Below, one piece after another: positions 44,261-60,949 of a DNA stretch of 64,000 nucleotides. The notes under the pieces were generated by a model. It was given only the letters and a program-made list of their open reading frames with translations, did not search any database and was not told the DNA's origin. Location: the NCBI RefSeq assembly GCF_009914755.1, contig NC_060939.1; one strand, given 5' to 3'. The position numbers and the translations under genes are program-made. This DNA comes from the human T2T-CHM13v2.0 reference genome, Homo sapiens. Position 1 is the stretch's first letter. The number at the start of each line of letters is the position of its first letter.

Positions 44261-45296
44261 GTGTTTCTCAGAGGTTCTAAAATTTATCAAAAATGCCTTC
44301 TAGATAGAATAAATTAATTGATACATAGTCTAAGTCTGAATGAATTTCTTCAAGGTTCACAGATGGCAGAAAGCACCAGGCCATCATTCGAACCAGAACA
44401 TGACAGAAACTACTTTGGGCTGCAAACCTACATAGGGCAAGGGATGGTATCAGGCACTGGGCTGCATCTTTACTTCATCTCCAGTTCAGTTTTGGTTGTC
44501 CTGGCTGTCCAAGAAACAGTTCTCAGCTAGCCTTAAATTATAATTCCTTGACATTAAAAATATGTATTTTTAAAAACATAGAATAAAAGGTAATTTTCTT
44601 GGTTAGAATATATCAGGTCCAGCAATTTCATTATGGAAATATTATACATGATAAAACCTGAAAGCTTCTACTACATAATGGCTAGAAATTCTTGAGACTT
44701 GACTTAAGCTGTACTATGCATCCGCAAGTGAAAGGATGGAGTAGGGAAAAAAAATCTACCCACCAGCACAGGGAGATCACAAAGGTTTTCTCTGCCTGGG
44801 TTTTGGATGAGGTGAAAGAGAAAGTTTACAATGGAGGGTATCCTATTAATACTGTTGTCATGAAGTTCAAATTCACACCATCTACAACACCTGAAAATTC
44901 CCCCAGCTGAATGAAAGGTAGTTTCCTCATGATGACTACAACTTCTATTATTCAGCTGATAGCATCTTATTACATTTAAAATTATTTCTAGATTTCTCTC
45001 TCATACCCATAATTGCCAGTGAATTAGATTATCCCTAAACTAGGTCTTGTAGTTCTTGTGACTGCACGTTTGAAAGTTGACTCACTGTATTCAAATTGCC
45101 AGAACATGAAATAGTGCCTTAATATTAATATATCGTAAAGTCAATTTCTGAAAGTAACCTTCTTCTAGAAGAATGGATTACCTAAGTCAAGTACTTTTAA
45201 TGGCAGAAGAAATAGCTTATTATATTTATAAACTCTATCTGATGCTAAACAATAAAATAACAAATATTCTTAAATAAAGGTTTGAGACTTCATTAC

Positions 45297-45380
45297 CTTT
45301 TCCCCTGGATTGCTACTATAGAACATCACACATGGGTACAACTCTGCTGCATCCACATCTTCAAAAGCTAATTTGGGTTC
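45297..45380 (-). CDS. HERC1: HERC1 exon, SPRY
   Basis: tgtag|GAA...AAG|gtaatg; EPKLAFEDVDAAELYPCVMFYSSNPGEK; 84 nt. Confidence 0.96.
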
Positions 45381-45756
45381 CTACAGTGTGGCAGCAGTGA
45401 GGAAAAGAAAAAGGAAATAGAAATTTTTTTAATTCACAATATCTAACCACATTAGAATTGAAAGCTTTTATGAGACAGAACAAAAGTTACTAGATCAAAT
45501 TCTCAATTAACCTTGCTAACCGAGAAAATTCTACATATAATAAGTGATCATAATGTGTTCATCTGTTTCAAAAATCTTATTGGGGTTTTACTATCTTCCT
45601 GTTTGTTGTTAATAAATGTTTTAAGAACCAGAAAGTATTAGAGAGAAAGGAGAGACGAGCAGATAATCTATAAACTGAATACGTGGCACTTGAATAACCG
45701 AGTTGACTATAAATAGAAACAAGAAAAATGTAATGCTTGTGAATGGGTGTCGGTAC

Positions 45757-45996
45757 CTCTCCATTTTTCCCAAAAGAAATGGTCCTGGCTTCCATGTCTA
45801 ACACACAGGTAATGAAATCTCCTTGAGTAAAGCTGGACAATGTGAGAGTCTGTTCTCCATTGTGATAGAGGTTACCACTGTAGGCCCTATAGAGCCACAT
45901 ATCCGAGGTAGTGCGGTGATTAAAGTCATGTACTGGCCAGCGAGAAACTCCAACACACGTGCCTTCATTACCTCTGTTTTCCTTCACAATATAAAA
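45757..45996 (-). CDS. HERC1: HERC1 exon, SPRY
   Basis: tttag|TTT...GAG|gtaccg; FYIVKENRGNEGTCVGV...GDFITCVLDMEARTISFGKNGE; 240 nt. Confidence 0.96.
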
Positions 45997-46351
45997 CTAA
46001 AATAAAAGTGGGATATTCATTAATACTCAAAAAATCTATTTATATACTATTAACTGCATTAACCAATACTGAAAATATGTTTATAAATAATACTAATGCA
46101 TTTATGGAAACATGTTATTTTCAGCATAAATAAAAATAACACGAAAATAATCGCATCAATTTAGAAAGATTTTAAAACATTCTTTATCTTGCAGGGCATT
46201 TAGAATAACCTTTGAATATCTATAGTATTTAAAATAAGCAATTCTAACTTACAACTTAATAATGAAGCTGAGGAAGTATGTTTAGTCCAGAAATTAATGA
46301 AAACTTTAATTCTTTACATATAGATTTTAACTACTCTCTTGCATATACCTC

Positions 46352-47255
46352 TGTTTAGAAAAAGAGTTAATATATTAAGCCTGAGACTAGGTGTATTGTT
46401 TTGTTTTGTTTTGTTTTGTTTTGTTTTTAATTTTCTAAAGAGATGGGGTCTCACTCTGTTTCCCAGGCTGGAGTACAGTAGCATGATCATGGCTCACTGA
46501 AGCTTCAAATTCCTGGGCTCAAGCAATTCTCCTGCCTCAGTCTCCTGAGTAACTAGGACTACAGGTGTACACCATCATGCCTGGCTAGTTATTTTTTGTA
46601 GAGATGAGGTCTTGTTATGTTACACAGTCTGGTCTTGAACTCCTGGCCTCAAGCAATCCTCCCACCTCGGCCTCCCAAAGTGTTGGGATTATAGGCATCA
46701 GCCACTACACCTAGTGTGACTATTACTATTTTCAAAAAGGCATGCTTGCAACACTGGCCTTTGGCTAGGACCTGGGAATTTGACTGGTAAAGTTTCTTAC
46801 ACTGATTTAAAAAAAAAAAAACTTCCCCTACGTGATAAAGGTGGCTCACTGACCTAGAACATTTAAACACACAATGTGGTTTATGCTGAATACCTGCTCT
46901 CCTTCTGGGAGTATGAAATGTTGGTACATGTCAGGTTGAAGGTGTCTACGTGACCAGCCCCCAGTAAAAACCTTGGGTTCTGAATCTCTAATGGGGTTCT
47001 CTAGAAACATCACACACATGTTATTTTTCTTGCTGGGGAAAGCTTGTGCACTTGTGCTCATGGCAGGGAGAGAACAGAAGGAAGCCTACAGGATTCTTCT
47101 ATACCTCACCTGTGTCCTTCCCTTATTAACTGGGTGTATATCCTTACCGCATCATTATAATATAAGTCTCCGTCATGAGTGTATCAACGTGTGGAGTCTG
47201 ACGAGTCCTTCTAGTGAATCTCTGAATGTGAGGGTGGTCTTGGGGACTCATGACT
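46352..47255 (+). mobile_element. MER68-like LTR (5'), interrupted by a reverse Alu at 46397-46712
   Basis: TGT start, gagttaa..gcctgagact, tggtttatgctgaatacctgc, ends ggtggtcttggggactc. Confidence 0.8.
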
Positions 47256-47708
47256 TAGCAGTGGCAGCAATGAGATTCACTAGAACAACCCTGATGCATT
47301 AGAATATAGTTAAATATTGCTGGGGAAAAAGAAAGAGACGAAAGGAAAAGATAAAACTCTGGTACCTAGGTGGCTATGGAGTTACACATAGTATGAAACA
47401 GAAGGTGGACTGCTATCTGTTGTGAGGGGCAAAAGTTACCTATCAATTTTTAAGATAAATCCAATCACAAGAGAGTTGGTTTGCTACCCCAGACGCTCTT
47501 GGCCTTGCTAGCTAAAGTTAGGAAAAAAGAGCAGCTCAGGTAAAAACTGTGCTGTTCTTTCTTCCAGGAACAACTTCTTTCCTGAGGAGAAAGGGCCCAA
47601 ATATTCCCACAAGTGGGCTTTAGATGAGCCAGAGTAGAAAAATTAGCTTGTAGTTGCTCTCTCCTCCAGTGGGAGGGGAAAGGGTTCAAAAACCCCTGAC
47701 AGCTTTGA

Positions 47709-47855
47709 GTGTGGGTGCAGGGGCTCACACCTGTAATCTTAGCACTTTGGGAGGCTAAGGAGGGAGGACTGCTTGAAGCCAGGAGTTTGAGACTACCTTG
47801 GGCAAGAAAGCAAGAACCCCATCTCTACAAAATATACAAAAACAAACAAACAAGA
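47709..47855 (+). mobile_element. Alu monomer (FLAM-like)
   Basis: Left arm only plus tail. Confidence 0.85.
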
Positions 47856-48054
47856 ATAGAAAGGAACTACTCCAGCTATTTTCTTAAGCTGAGCTTTTGC
47901 TATTGCTACAGCAGGTTCTCCCCCTGCCACAATTTACCTTGTAAATGCTAAATTTATTGCTAGAGGTTTGAGTAAACTTAAGATGTGAGAAGGGAGGAAG
48001 AAAACTTTTAAAAACAGCTTTATTTTGTGGCAACTACATCTGGATGTATGATTA

Positions 48055-48387
<333 letters not shown>

Positions 48388-48869
48388 TTAAGATGCAAAA
48401 TGTTACAAGCTTGTAACTTCATAAATGCTAAAGTTTCATCCTGATCAGGGAAAGCTCCAAAAGAAAAACATACTAGTGGGACACAACTTACTTGCTTTTT
48501 GTCACCAGTGGGTGGATTGGAATTTAAACTCTATATTAAAAACAAAACAAGTGTCTATAACTGGTGGGTTTTTGCTATGATTTTTTCCTATTGGAGTCTC
48601 TGGGAAAACAGAGATAAAATAAAAGAGAGGCAAGCTCTAGATGGAGATATAGACATATGCTTTTAGAGTTTTAAAAAACATTCAGTGGCTAACGAGTTCT
48701 TATAAAATCACATGTCTAACACTTACAGGCTGATGACTTTCTAGCCTAAGTACATATTTCTGAGTGGGTCAATCTGGACTCCAAGATTGACAAGCAAACA
48801 GAGCTTAGAAAAGCCTTGTTTTCAAGCCTGGACTTAAAACACTATTGTCAGGTCCTACACCATCTAAGG

Positions 48870-49035
48870 TTTGTTTTTGTTTTTAAGAGATAGGGTCTCT
48901 TTCTGTTACCCAGGCTGGCATGCAGTAGTGTAAACAGAGCTCACTGTGGCTTCAAACTCCTGGGCTCAAGCAATCCTCCAGCCTCTGCCTTCCAAGTACT
49001 GGGACTGTATAGGCACATGCCCCCATAACTGGCCC
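48870..49035 (-). mobile_element. Alu monomer (FRAM-like)
   Basis: TSD ccatcta. Confidence 0.85.
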
Positions 49036-49767
49036 CATCTAGATTTAACTGCTGCCCCAAAAAGCTGCTGGCTTGGAATCCTGAACTCACACATTCTAAT
49101 TGCCTGGACCTGACTATAAGCTAAAACCTGACACTGTGTGCTCTAGGTTATTTCAACCCAAGTGAGTTGTGCTCAGCTAAAAGCAGGCACAAGCTGAATG
49201 AACAAAACTCAAAATCTGGGACTGTTGTGGATTTGGAACACTCCCCCTCTGTGGGGCCACAAAGTCTGAAAAACATCTTGGATGCTGGCTGGACTGTCCA
49301 GGTTTCTTGCAGGTATCCACGAAAAGAGTGTGTTTTCTGGGGGCAATATACTTCCAAACACTCTTTAAGAGATTGTATTCTCAATACCCTCTAGGTGATG
49401 TCCCAACATGTTAAGCTTTCTAGAATAGTTGCAGTTTGCAACAAGGGACTGATCAATTGACTCTACATCCCTCACCTTTCTCCTGATAAACAAGACACAC
49501 CAATAAAGCAGTTTACTAAATAAAACTGTTCCCAGAAAGAAACTGATCTTTTCCAGACTGCCCACTGGATAAATGATTAGGACGAAAGATGTAGAAGGTT
49601 TTATAAACCTATTTTGAAAAAAATAAACTGTAACTGAAATTTTGTCCTGGCCAATTCCTAACCTTTCTGGTTAAGTTGTATGCAAATGTTTTTGTGTGAA
49701 AACTCTTCCTCTTGCATCCAACCCTTCTGGACAAAAAGGTCTAGATAAAAATAACAAATGATTTTTA

Positions 49768-50254
<487 letters not shown>

Positions 50255-50954
50255 CTATTTTGTCTTGAAAGCTGCTGTGAGCACTTTAAATTCAAACTGA
50301 TTGCTGAGCTTCTCATCAAACTTGTCAAGTCTGTCAAAAGACCACAGTGGGTGGCTCCAGCTCCTGCAGTTTCCACAAAACACCTCGAGATGTCATCCAC
50401 ACTCTTGAGGCAGGAATAATGATGTCACAGAAAACAAAATCCTTTAAAACTGACTGCTTTCAGACAGTCCCTCTGAAACCAAGACTCAACTTAATTATTC
50501 AGACTGAACTGGGAGCACAGAGTGGAAGGCCCCATGGGGGCAGGTCACATTGGTATCATGTTAACCTGTGCTGCCTATTATATGTTCTGATTACAGGTGC
50601 CCTAATAATTATAAATTCTTTGTTTCCAAGGGCAACACATATACCCTAAGGGATTATATTTCTTGTGTGTGCACCTTATCATAATACCTCAGTCCTGGAC
50701 TGGCCAGAGTTGTCCAGTGCTAAATTGATGACTAATCTACATTTTAAAAGTTAAGACAAAAGCTTAAGAATGAAGTCACATGGCTTTTTAAGATAGACCT
50801 GTTGGTTAATGAGATCTGTTGTAACTGGCTAAGTCTAGGACCCCTAAAAGGCATAACTGAAGTCAATATTACTGGCCAATCTTATCCCCCTGCATGGGGT
50901 CCTATTGATAGTTTTACTGTATATATACCATGCCCAAGAGATAAAGGAGTAGAC

Positions 50955-51335
50955 TGTGCAAAAGAAGGAGTTAACACAACAGAGACTACTATCCTTAGAA
51001 ATGCCTGCTTGCAATGTTGGCCCTTGGCTGGCATGGGGGAACTTGACTGGTAAACAGTCCCCTATACTGATATAAATTTTACCTAACTGATACAGGCTGG
51101 GTTATTGTATCTAGATTGTACAAACAATATGGTTTATGCTAAATACTAGCTTTTCTTCTGGAAATCTAAAATTTTAGTACATGCTAGGCAGAGGGTACCA
51201 ATATGAACAGTTCCCTATAAAAATTGTGGGCACTGAATCTCTAATGGGCTTTCCTAGACAAAAACATCACACGCTTTGCTTCATTTTCATTGCTAGAAGA
51301 AAATGTGTTCTGTGTGACTCCTTATGGGAGGGCTA
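50955..51335 (+). mobile_element. MER68-like LTR (3', truncated)
   Basis: tgtgcaaaagaaggagttaac...ttggcccttggctggcat; homologous to 46352-47255. Confidence 0.8.
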
Positions 51336-51578
51336 TAGCATGATTTTAAACATCCATTTTTAACATTTTTGAGATAACTTTAGAATTATAAGGGTTACAA
51401 AAATAGCACAGAGTTCCTGTATATCCTTCACTTGGTTTCCATTTATATTATCTTACATAATAATAGAACATTTACATATCACGATTTTTTTTCAGTCTTT
51501 CTACACATTTATTATAAGAACCTGGAAAAAAAAGGACTAAAAGACAAAATGCTAAAAACTATTAGATTTTCTACGTAC

Positions 51579-51755
51579 CTTCCACTGATAGCACCCAGAA
51601 GTTACTCCTGTAGATGCCAATCCATATCCTTTCCCTCCACTGCCGTGAGTTAAAATCTGTCCATTCTCCACTAGGCAACACTGAGCTTTCTCCGGGTCAA
51701 AGGATACTTCTTGGATAGGAAGATTCTCATCTTCTTCTTCCAACTCGCCCTGCTT
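51579..51755 (-). CDS. HERC1: HERC1 exon, SPRY start
   Basis: ggtag|AAG CAG...AAG|gtacgt; KQGELEEEDENLPIQEVSFDPEK...GCYQWK; 177 nt. Confidence 0.93.
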
Positions 51756-52477
51756 CTACCAGAAAAGAAGCTGGGTCAGCATTTTGGAATAATCCATGTC
51801 TCAGATAAGATATATTCTGAGGCTCCTTGGTTTTATCCTACAAATATTTATTATGTATCTACTATGAATCAGTTACTGTGCAGGGCAACAGGAACACAAT
51901 GATAAATAGAGCATGGTCCCTTCCCCATAAAGAGCTTAAGGTCATTAATGGACAGAAGACAAATACATACTGCTAGTATTACAGTGGGAGAATAATCAAA
52001 ATTACATAATAGGTATAGTAGAAACATAAAAGTGTGTCTAACCATGCTTGAGAAGGACAAGGTAATGTTCAAAAGGAGATGACTTCTAAGTTGAGTCCTG
52101 AATGATGAGAAGGCAGTAAGCAGCTGGTCAAATGAGAGAGGCATTTTAAGGCAGTGTGTACAGCATGTGCCAAGGCAGACATGCAACAGAGTTCAGTGAT
52201 TTAAAGACAAGCAGCATGTAATGACTGGAAGATGAAACTGGCAGAAAACAAGTCTAGAAAGAGAAGAAGAAATCAAATCATGGAAAACCTTGTGTGTCAT
52301 ATTGTTTGAATTTTACTCTACTGACATTAGGGAGACCTACACAGAATGATGTATATAGGAGATCTCTGATCACATCTGTGCTTTATAAACATCATTTTAC
52401 CAAGGATATACAGGATGAAGGCAGAGAGACTGACTAATCAGGATATCCCTGCAAGTTCAGGTAAGAAATAGTGAGGG

Positions 52478-52801
<324 letters not shown>

Positions 52802-53717
52802 TCAATGTGCATTTATTAAGCATCTCTATTCTCTGCCAGGTATCCTATCAGGTCCTCCATATTTAGCAGGGTATTAGGTCTCTGCTCTCATAGAACTTTT
52901 ATTTTGGAAGAGAAAAAGAAAAAATAAGAAAATACAAGGATTAAGTGGTATGTTGAAATTAAAGCAGGTGACACGACAAAGAGTGTGTGGCAACTACTCT
53001 AGATTGATTAGGGAAGGCCTCTCTGAAGATGTGATAACTGAGACCTGAATGACAAGAAATTTCTAAGAAACATATCTAGAGGTAATAGCCAGTTTAAAGC
53101 CCTAAGGAATGAGCAGGATTACTGTGTTCAAGAACTACAAGAAGAAGGCAAGTTGCTTAGACTATAGTGAGCAAAAGGGAGAGGTCAAGGAACTCTAGAT
53201 TTTATCCAAAGAATGACGAGAAACCATTGGAGTATTTTAAGCAGGGGATGAACATGCTCTGATTTACAATTTTAAAAGATCATTCTGGATCCTGTGCAGA
53301 GAATGGACTTTAGGGCATAACAATGGAAGCAGATAGAACACTTAGAAGGTTACTGCATAGTTCAGGCCAGAGATGATAATGGCTTGGAATAGGGTGATGA
53401 CAGAAGAGATGAGGAGGTAGGCAAATTCAAGTCACATTTTAAAGACGAGCCAACAGAATCTAGAGATTGTATGGATAGAGAAATGGGGGTGAGGCATCAA
53501 GATGACTCCTAGGTTTTTCACTTGAGTAACTCACTAGGAGGCTGGGAAAGCCTGGGGGAAGAAACAGAACGTGATTAAGGGTGCCATTTTTGACATACTG
53601 AGTATGAGATGCCTATTAGACATTTAAGTGATAAGACTAGTAGAAGATGGGAATATAAGTCTAGAATTCAGGGGAAATGCCAGAACTTGAATTTAAAACT
53701 TGGGAATCAAGTCTTAA

Positions 53718-53826
53718 ATGAGTCTGAATAAGGTTTCTTTGAGAAGAAATGTGGATTAATGAGTCTGAATAAGAAATGGGCATATGAGTCTGAATAAGGT
53801 TTCTTTGAGAAGGAATGGGGATTAAT
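53718..53826. repeat. Complex local tandem duplication
   Basis: atgagtctgaataag x3; ggtttctttgagaag x2. Confidence 0.85.
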
Positions 53827-54808
53827 CCAACACTTAGATTGAATAGAAGAAGAAGAAGAACCTATAAAGGAGAATGAGAACAGGCCATTCTATCAAAGTA
53901 GGAGAACCAGGACAAGTGTGGAATCACAAAAACCAAGATAGGAATTAAGGTAAATGAAGAGATGGATTCACAAGATATAAATCAATGGAGGCTAGTGACT
54001 ATATGCATGGGGACATTATGATAATCTAGCATTCCCAGGAATTTGCGTTTGGGAAACTAGGTGAATGGTGGTGCTTTCAATCAGAAATGGGACAAAAAAA
54101 GGGGCTGGGGGAAGGGTTTGAGGGGGAGACACCCAGGCTAGCATTTAAGTTTGGAAGGCACTGCAGAGTGATCTTTTAAAACCATAAATCAAAGCATGTT
54201 GGTCCCCTGCTTTAGGTATGGATGAGACTGCTGGAAAAGCCAAGGATCAAACTCTGTGGAACACCAACATTTTGAGATGAAGGCAAGGTAAAAGTGGCAC
54301 CAAAAAAGAGTTGCTTTCAAAGGGAATCAGGATTGGCAGAGAATATACGGAGATCCGGGAGAAAGCGTTTTGAAAATAACAAAAGGCTAGAGTTTCCAGA
54401 GGTAAAGTAAGAAGTGGAAAAAAAAGGATACACTATATTTAGCAACAAACACTTATCTTTGTCATTTAATTTCGTACTTTGATACAAGATAAATGGTGGG
54501 GTTGAAGAGATAATGAGAAGAAAGTGGCTGAAACATGCAGATTACTCTTCTAAGAAGCTTAGTACTACAGGACAAGAGAGAAGACAGAGAAGACTTCACA
54601 GATAAAAATGTGATTTAGGAGAGAGGAAATGAGTTAAGCATGGTTATAAGCTGAGGGGAGGGAATCAGTGGAAAGGGAGACAGAATGCCAAGAGAGGAAA
54701 TGGAATAAATGATAGAGCAAGGTGCCTCAGAGGAACAGGCATTCAGAGACAAGTGACAGAATATTCACTTATGCTGTTAAGAAATACCTTTTAGGAAAAA
54801 CCAATTAC

Positions 54809-54919
54809 CTGTAGTTTTATTTCTTGTTCTTTTTCCTTTATCTGAATAGCATGTTTGGCCTGAGCAATGGGTGTCTCCCACATACAATCAGAGAGAAGGG
54901 AAAATAAGCGCTCAACAAT
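54809..54919 (-). CDS. HERC1: HERC1 exon
   Basis: aacag|ATT...CAG|gtaatt; IVERLFSLLSDCMWETPIAQ...IKLQ; 111 nt. Confidence 0.94.
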
Positions 54920-55101
54920 CTGTTTTATTGAAGAAAAAAGGATAAAATTTGTAAAAAGTAACTTTAAGTATTTTTAGAAAAGCTGTATCATGTTAACTGT
55001 AATATTAACTCGCATGCGAAGTTTGATTATACCAGTGTCCAACAGCTACTTTTAGTGGTTATAAGTTAAATATCAGTTTTTAGAAATATTAACCCATTAG
55101 A

Positions 55102-55407
55102 AGCCAGGCACGGTGGCTCATGCCTGTAATCCCAGCACTTTGGGAGGCTGAGGCGGGTGGATTGCCTGAGGTTGGGAGTTTGAGACCAGCCTGGCCAACA
55201 TGGTGAAACCCCATCTCTACTAAAAATACAAAAATTAGCCAGGCATGGTAGCATGTGCCTATAGTCCCAGCTACTTGGAGGCTAAGGCAGGAGAATCACT
55301 TGAACCCAGGAGGCGGAGGCTGCAGTGAGCTGAGATCGCGCCACTGCACTCACTCCAGGCTGGGCGACAGAGCGAGACTCCATCTCAAAAAAAAAAAAAA
55401 AAAAAGA
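55102..55407 (+). mobile_element. Alu
   Basis: TSD agaaatattaacc.attagaa. Confidence 0.95.
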
Positions 55408-55760
55408 AATATTAACCTATTAGAAAGTGGGTCCCATTTTGCCTTACTATTTAGACCTCTGATTAGGACACTCCCACATGTTTCTTCCTATAGCGGTCCA
55501 AACCTAGTAAGAAATTCCAGATTTTTCTTTCCTTCTGACCTTGCAGAGTATTCTCTATCCCTCTACTTCTCACACCCCATAACTTAATTTTTTTTGCCCT
55601 CTCCTTGGGGGTGAAATAATAAAGAAAGCAGTCCTAAAAGTAAACGTTATGCTATTGAATAAAAGACACATTTACAACTGAAGAGACTGTTAAGTACAGA
55701 TTTGGGTGAATCATTTTGCAAATATGGAAAACATCTTCTAATAATTTTAAAAATAAAAAC

Positions 55761-55867
55761 CTGGGCCATTTGATCATCTTCTACACCAGATTCACAAGCT
55801 GGCAGCACAGCTTCAAGGACATGAAGTGCAAGGAGCCTTGTTCTTAAGTTACCAACCAGAGGGATAC
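55761..55867 (-). CDS. HERC1: HERC1 exon
   Basis: tccag|GT ATC...CAG|gttttt; IPLVGNLRTRLLALHVLEAVLPAC...MAQ; 107 nt. Confidence 0.93.
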
Positions 55868-56089
55868 CTGGAGGGGAAAAGACCTTTTCTTATTATCAAT
55901 GTGACTTAAATTCAAAGTTAAAATGAACTTCTGGGAAAAAAATTCCTGAGGCTGCTAAACATTTATGGGTGGAACAAACTTGATTTCAAACTATTATCGC
56001 AAGAATTCTGGATCCATCCTGTACCCATGAATGCGTATGAATACATTCATGCTTATGCCTCAGTTTTTATGTATACATAATGGGAAGAG

Positions 56090-56300
56090 CATTGTAAAAA
56101 AGTATCTGTGCCAGATACTATGCTATGCTACACATTTCACACACATACATTCTATTAATCCTCACAAACTGAATTACAGCCCCATTTTACTGTTGAGAAA
56201 AATGAGGCTCAGAGAAGTTATGTAACTTGACCAAAGCCACACAAGCTCATAGAGGTAGAGTTTTAAACAGGTCTGTTAATCTCCAAAGCTCATGCTTATT
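56090..56300. mobile_element. MIR
   Basis: cccattttac..aaaatgaggctcagagaagttatgtaacttg. Confidence 0.75.
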
Positions 56301-56381
56301 ATTCCCTCTCATTGCCTCTCTCCGTCCATGCACTGACTGTCTCACAGGGATTGTTAGGGTTAACCGGGAGTAAACAGACTA

Positions 56382-56756
<375 letters not shown>

Positions 56757-57630
56757 TTATTAAAAAATACATATAACTGTAATAAGATCAGTTGAAAATA
56801 AATGAATATCTGATTTTTCTTTATCCTCTTGAAACTTAATATAAGCCTTACCTTATTAAAGGAAAAAAAAAGGAGCAGTTGTAAGTTATACTAATTAAGA
56901 AAAAAAGTATATTGAGCGTGTAAACATATAAAATACCATGTGCCGTAGAGGATTACATTATGTTTTGGCATACTTAGATTAGAGATTATGAAAAAAAGTT
57001 CTGGAAATGGATGGCAGTGATTGTTGTATAATACTGTGAATAAGCTTAATGTCACTAAATTGTATATTTAAATGATTAAAATGGCAAATTTCACGTTACG
57101 TGCATTTTACCACAATTTTAGCAAAAGAGAACAGGAAAGGACTGACTGTAATCTATGTAAGCAGACATTTTAGGGTAAGGACCAGGGATTAAGCTTATTC
57201 TATAGAACTGTGATAAATATCAAACAATCAGAAGTCACAATCAAGGCAACAGAAATCACATTATGATAAGAGAGACTGTACAAATTCAGATCTGCATCCT
57301 GATAATCCAAGAAGCAAGGTCGGAATCTGTGCTAAAATATCGTATTAAACAGGATGTTCTCTGCTTACTCTTAGGTTTGTAATCTGAACAAAGAGGATGA
57401 AGTTCTCTAGATAAATTCTATGATCTTCTCCAGAGCTACATTATTTATTTTCTGCCAATTTTTACTTCTGAAATTAGAGTTTTCTTTTGATCAAATAGGT
57501 ACGCAGAAAATAAGAAAGAAAAGCCTTCAAATCAAGGTTACACATGGAGTGTTGCTAAAGTCTGGCATTATCTTAATAAAATGCAAGTAATATCTATAAA
57601 TACTCTAAGACAAAGGCAAAGGACATGTAC

Positions 57631-57786
57631 CTGAAGAACATTTCTGAGATGCTATATTTAGAAGCACTTCGGTCCACTTTGGGGAAGCCATTTTTGATTG
57701 AATTGCTTTTGAAGATACAACTCTGCGAAGAAAAACTAAAAAATCCCCTAGATGGAGTTCGGCTGCATGTTGTTTCCTAAGAGCAG
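57631..57786 (-). CDS. HERC1: HERC1 exon
   Basis: tgtag|CT GCT...TCAG|gtacat; ALRKQHAAELHLGDFLVFLRRVV...KCSS; 156 nt. Confidence 0.95.
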
Positions 57787-58118
57787 CTACAGCGAAGAGA
57801 CAAGTTTACGTTACAACCAAGAGCCAACAAGAAATAGTCTTATATCACATAATTTACCTTGAAACTGCAGTAAGCACAAATCTAATGCAAAATCTTAGGC
57901 TGTCAGCTACTGAATTCTGAAAACTTAAAGAACAGAATGGGGAAAGGTCAGAAAACAAAGCCTAAACTTGAAACGCCTTTTACATCTCTGTACAATAAAA
58001 ATGAATATGCTATAACTATGATGACTAAGTATAATAAAGAATTATTGGTGACTAGAGAACAGAACAGTCTAGGAAGAAGTCGAGCTCCTCCTAATTATAA
58101 TCCAGTTCCCAAATATCA

Positions 58119-58840
<722 letters not shown>

Positions 58841-59182
58841 ATGCTAAGAAAACATCTGAGCTTCCCCCTAGGCAAAATGCAACCTGGGGAAAATCAATCA
58901 TCTAAAATCTAGGTCTCAGAGCCCAGACAGCCAAGGAGAGGCTGAACCTACAGAATGGGCAGTATGGTCACAACATGAGGGTTAACAGACTCTAAGCAGA
59001 GATGTTTGGTCAGAAGCTCATCTAAATCATATATACGTGAAGAGAAAAGAGGTTTGTAAATAAACAAATAAAAATCCCATCATACCTCATAAGGAAGAGG
59101 AACTCTACATCCTAATCATATGCACACAATGGGGTTTTAATAAATGCTTGTAAGTAAAGACAGAGAAAGAGGCTTACATTAC

Positions 59183-59376
59183 CTCTGAAATCTTTCTTCT
59201 CAGTTTCTCCACTGGAGTCAACTTTTTTTTCTTCTTCTTCACCGTCTTCTTGCTCCCCTTCTCCGAAAGAGGCCATATGTAGTACACCAGTTTGGGACAA
59301 TAAATTCTTCAACTGACTACAGAGTAGATCCAACAAGGATTGAACTACTTTGGGACTCAGTTTATCAGCATAGGTC
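59183..59376 (-). CDS. HERC1: HERC1 exon
   Basis: catag|G ACC...AGAG|gtaatg; TYADKLSPKVVQSLLDLL...KKDFR; 194 nt. Confidence 0.96.
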
Positions 59377-59530
59377 CTATGTGAAATAAAAGAAAAAAAT
59401 AAGTGGCAAACACACAGAAGGGCAAGCATAGTGCTTAAATACATAAAGCAGATTAGAGGGAAAGGGGGAATTCTAAAATGGAGGAAGACCAGACTTCATA
59501 CAGTTCTACAAAGACATCTACCATACTTAC

Positions 59531-59768
59531 CCAGTAGTGATGGCTAGAATCTGGAGCAACCTTGTACTGGCCACTTTCAAAGCTGTGCTAAGCTGGGAAA
59601 CACCCGTCTTTGGCAACAACTGCAGGGGCTGTCCTAGCATGGTGTCTGTACCACACAACTGTGACAATACGTTTAGCAGACCAGTGGAAATTGCCAAAGA
59701 AACATCTACTGGTTGATAATGAACACTTAGGGCAAAAACTGTAACCAGAAGCAGACGTTGCTGGGCTT
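59531..59768 (-). CDS. HERC1: HERC1 exon
   Basis: tttag|AA GCC...TGG|gtaagt; AQQRLLLVTVFALSVHYQPV...ILAITT; 238 nt. Confidence 0.95.
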
Positions 59769-59992
59769 CTAAAAGACAAAGAGACAGTTAAGAATCTTCC
59801 TTTCAGTAAACAAAGCATTTATTAAAATGAATAATTTTCTAAAATATTAATAACATGAAACACTAAATTATTTATTCTTTACCTATAAGTTTATCTACTA
59901 ATGTTAAACACAAAATATAGAACATAACTAGTACCATAACCTCGGGCTAAAATGTAACCTGCACTGTACATTTGCAGGAACCGTTTACTTAC

Positions 59993-60113
59993 CAATGTGA
60001 TGCTTGTTTGCTTGCAGGGCTCTTTCCAGGGTAGCAGACAACTGTTGATAAATTTTATGCACAGCTACCTGGATTTCAATCTGAATATTTCTCTTAGCTG
60101 CTCTGATCCCATC
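59993..60113 (-). CDS. HERC1: HERC1 exon
   Basis: ttcag|GAT...ATTG|gtaagt; DGIRAAKRNIQ...NKHHI; 121 nt. Confidence 0.96.
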
Positions 60114-60157
60114 CTGAATTACACATAAAGAATTACTTTTTCTATTAGCAACAATAA

Positions 60158-60557
<400 letters not shown>

Positions 60558-60584
60558 CCAAATTTAATTTTAAATGCTTGATAA

Positions 60585-60949
<365 letters not shown>

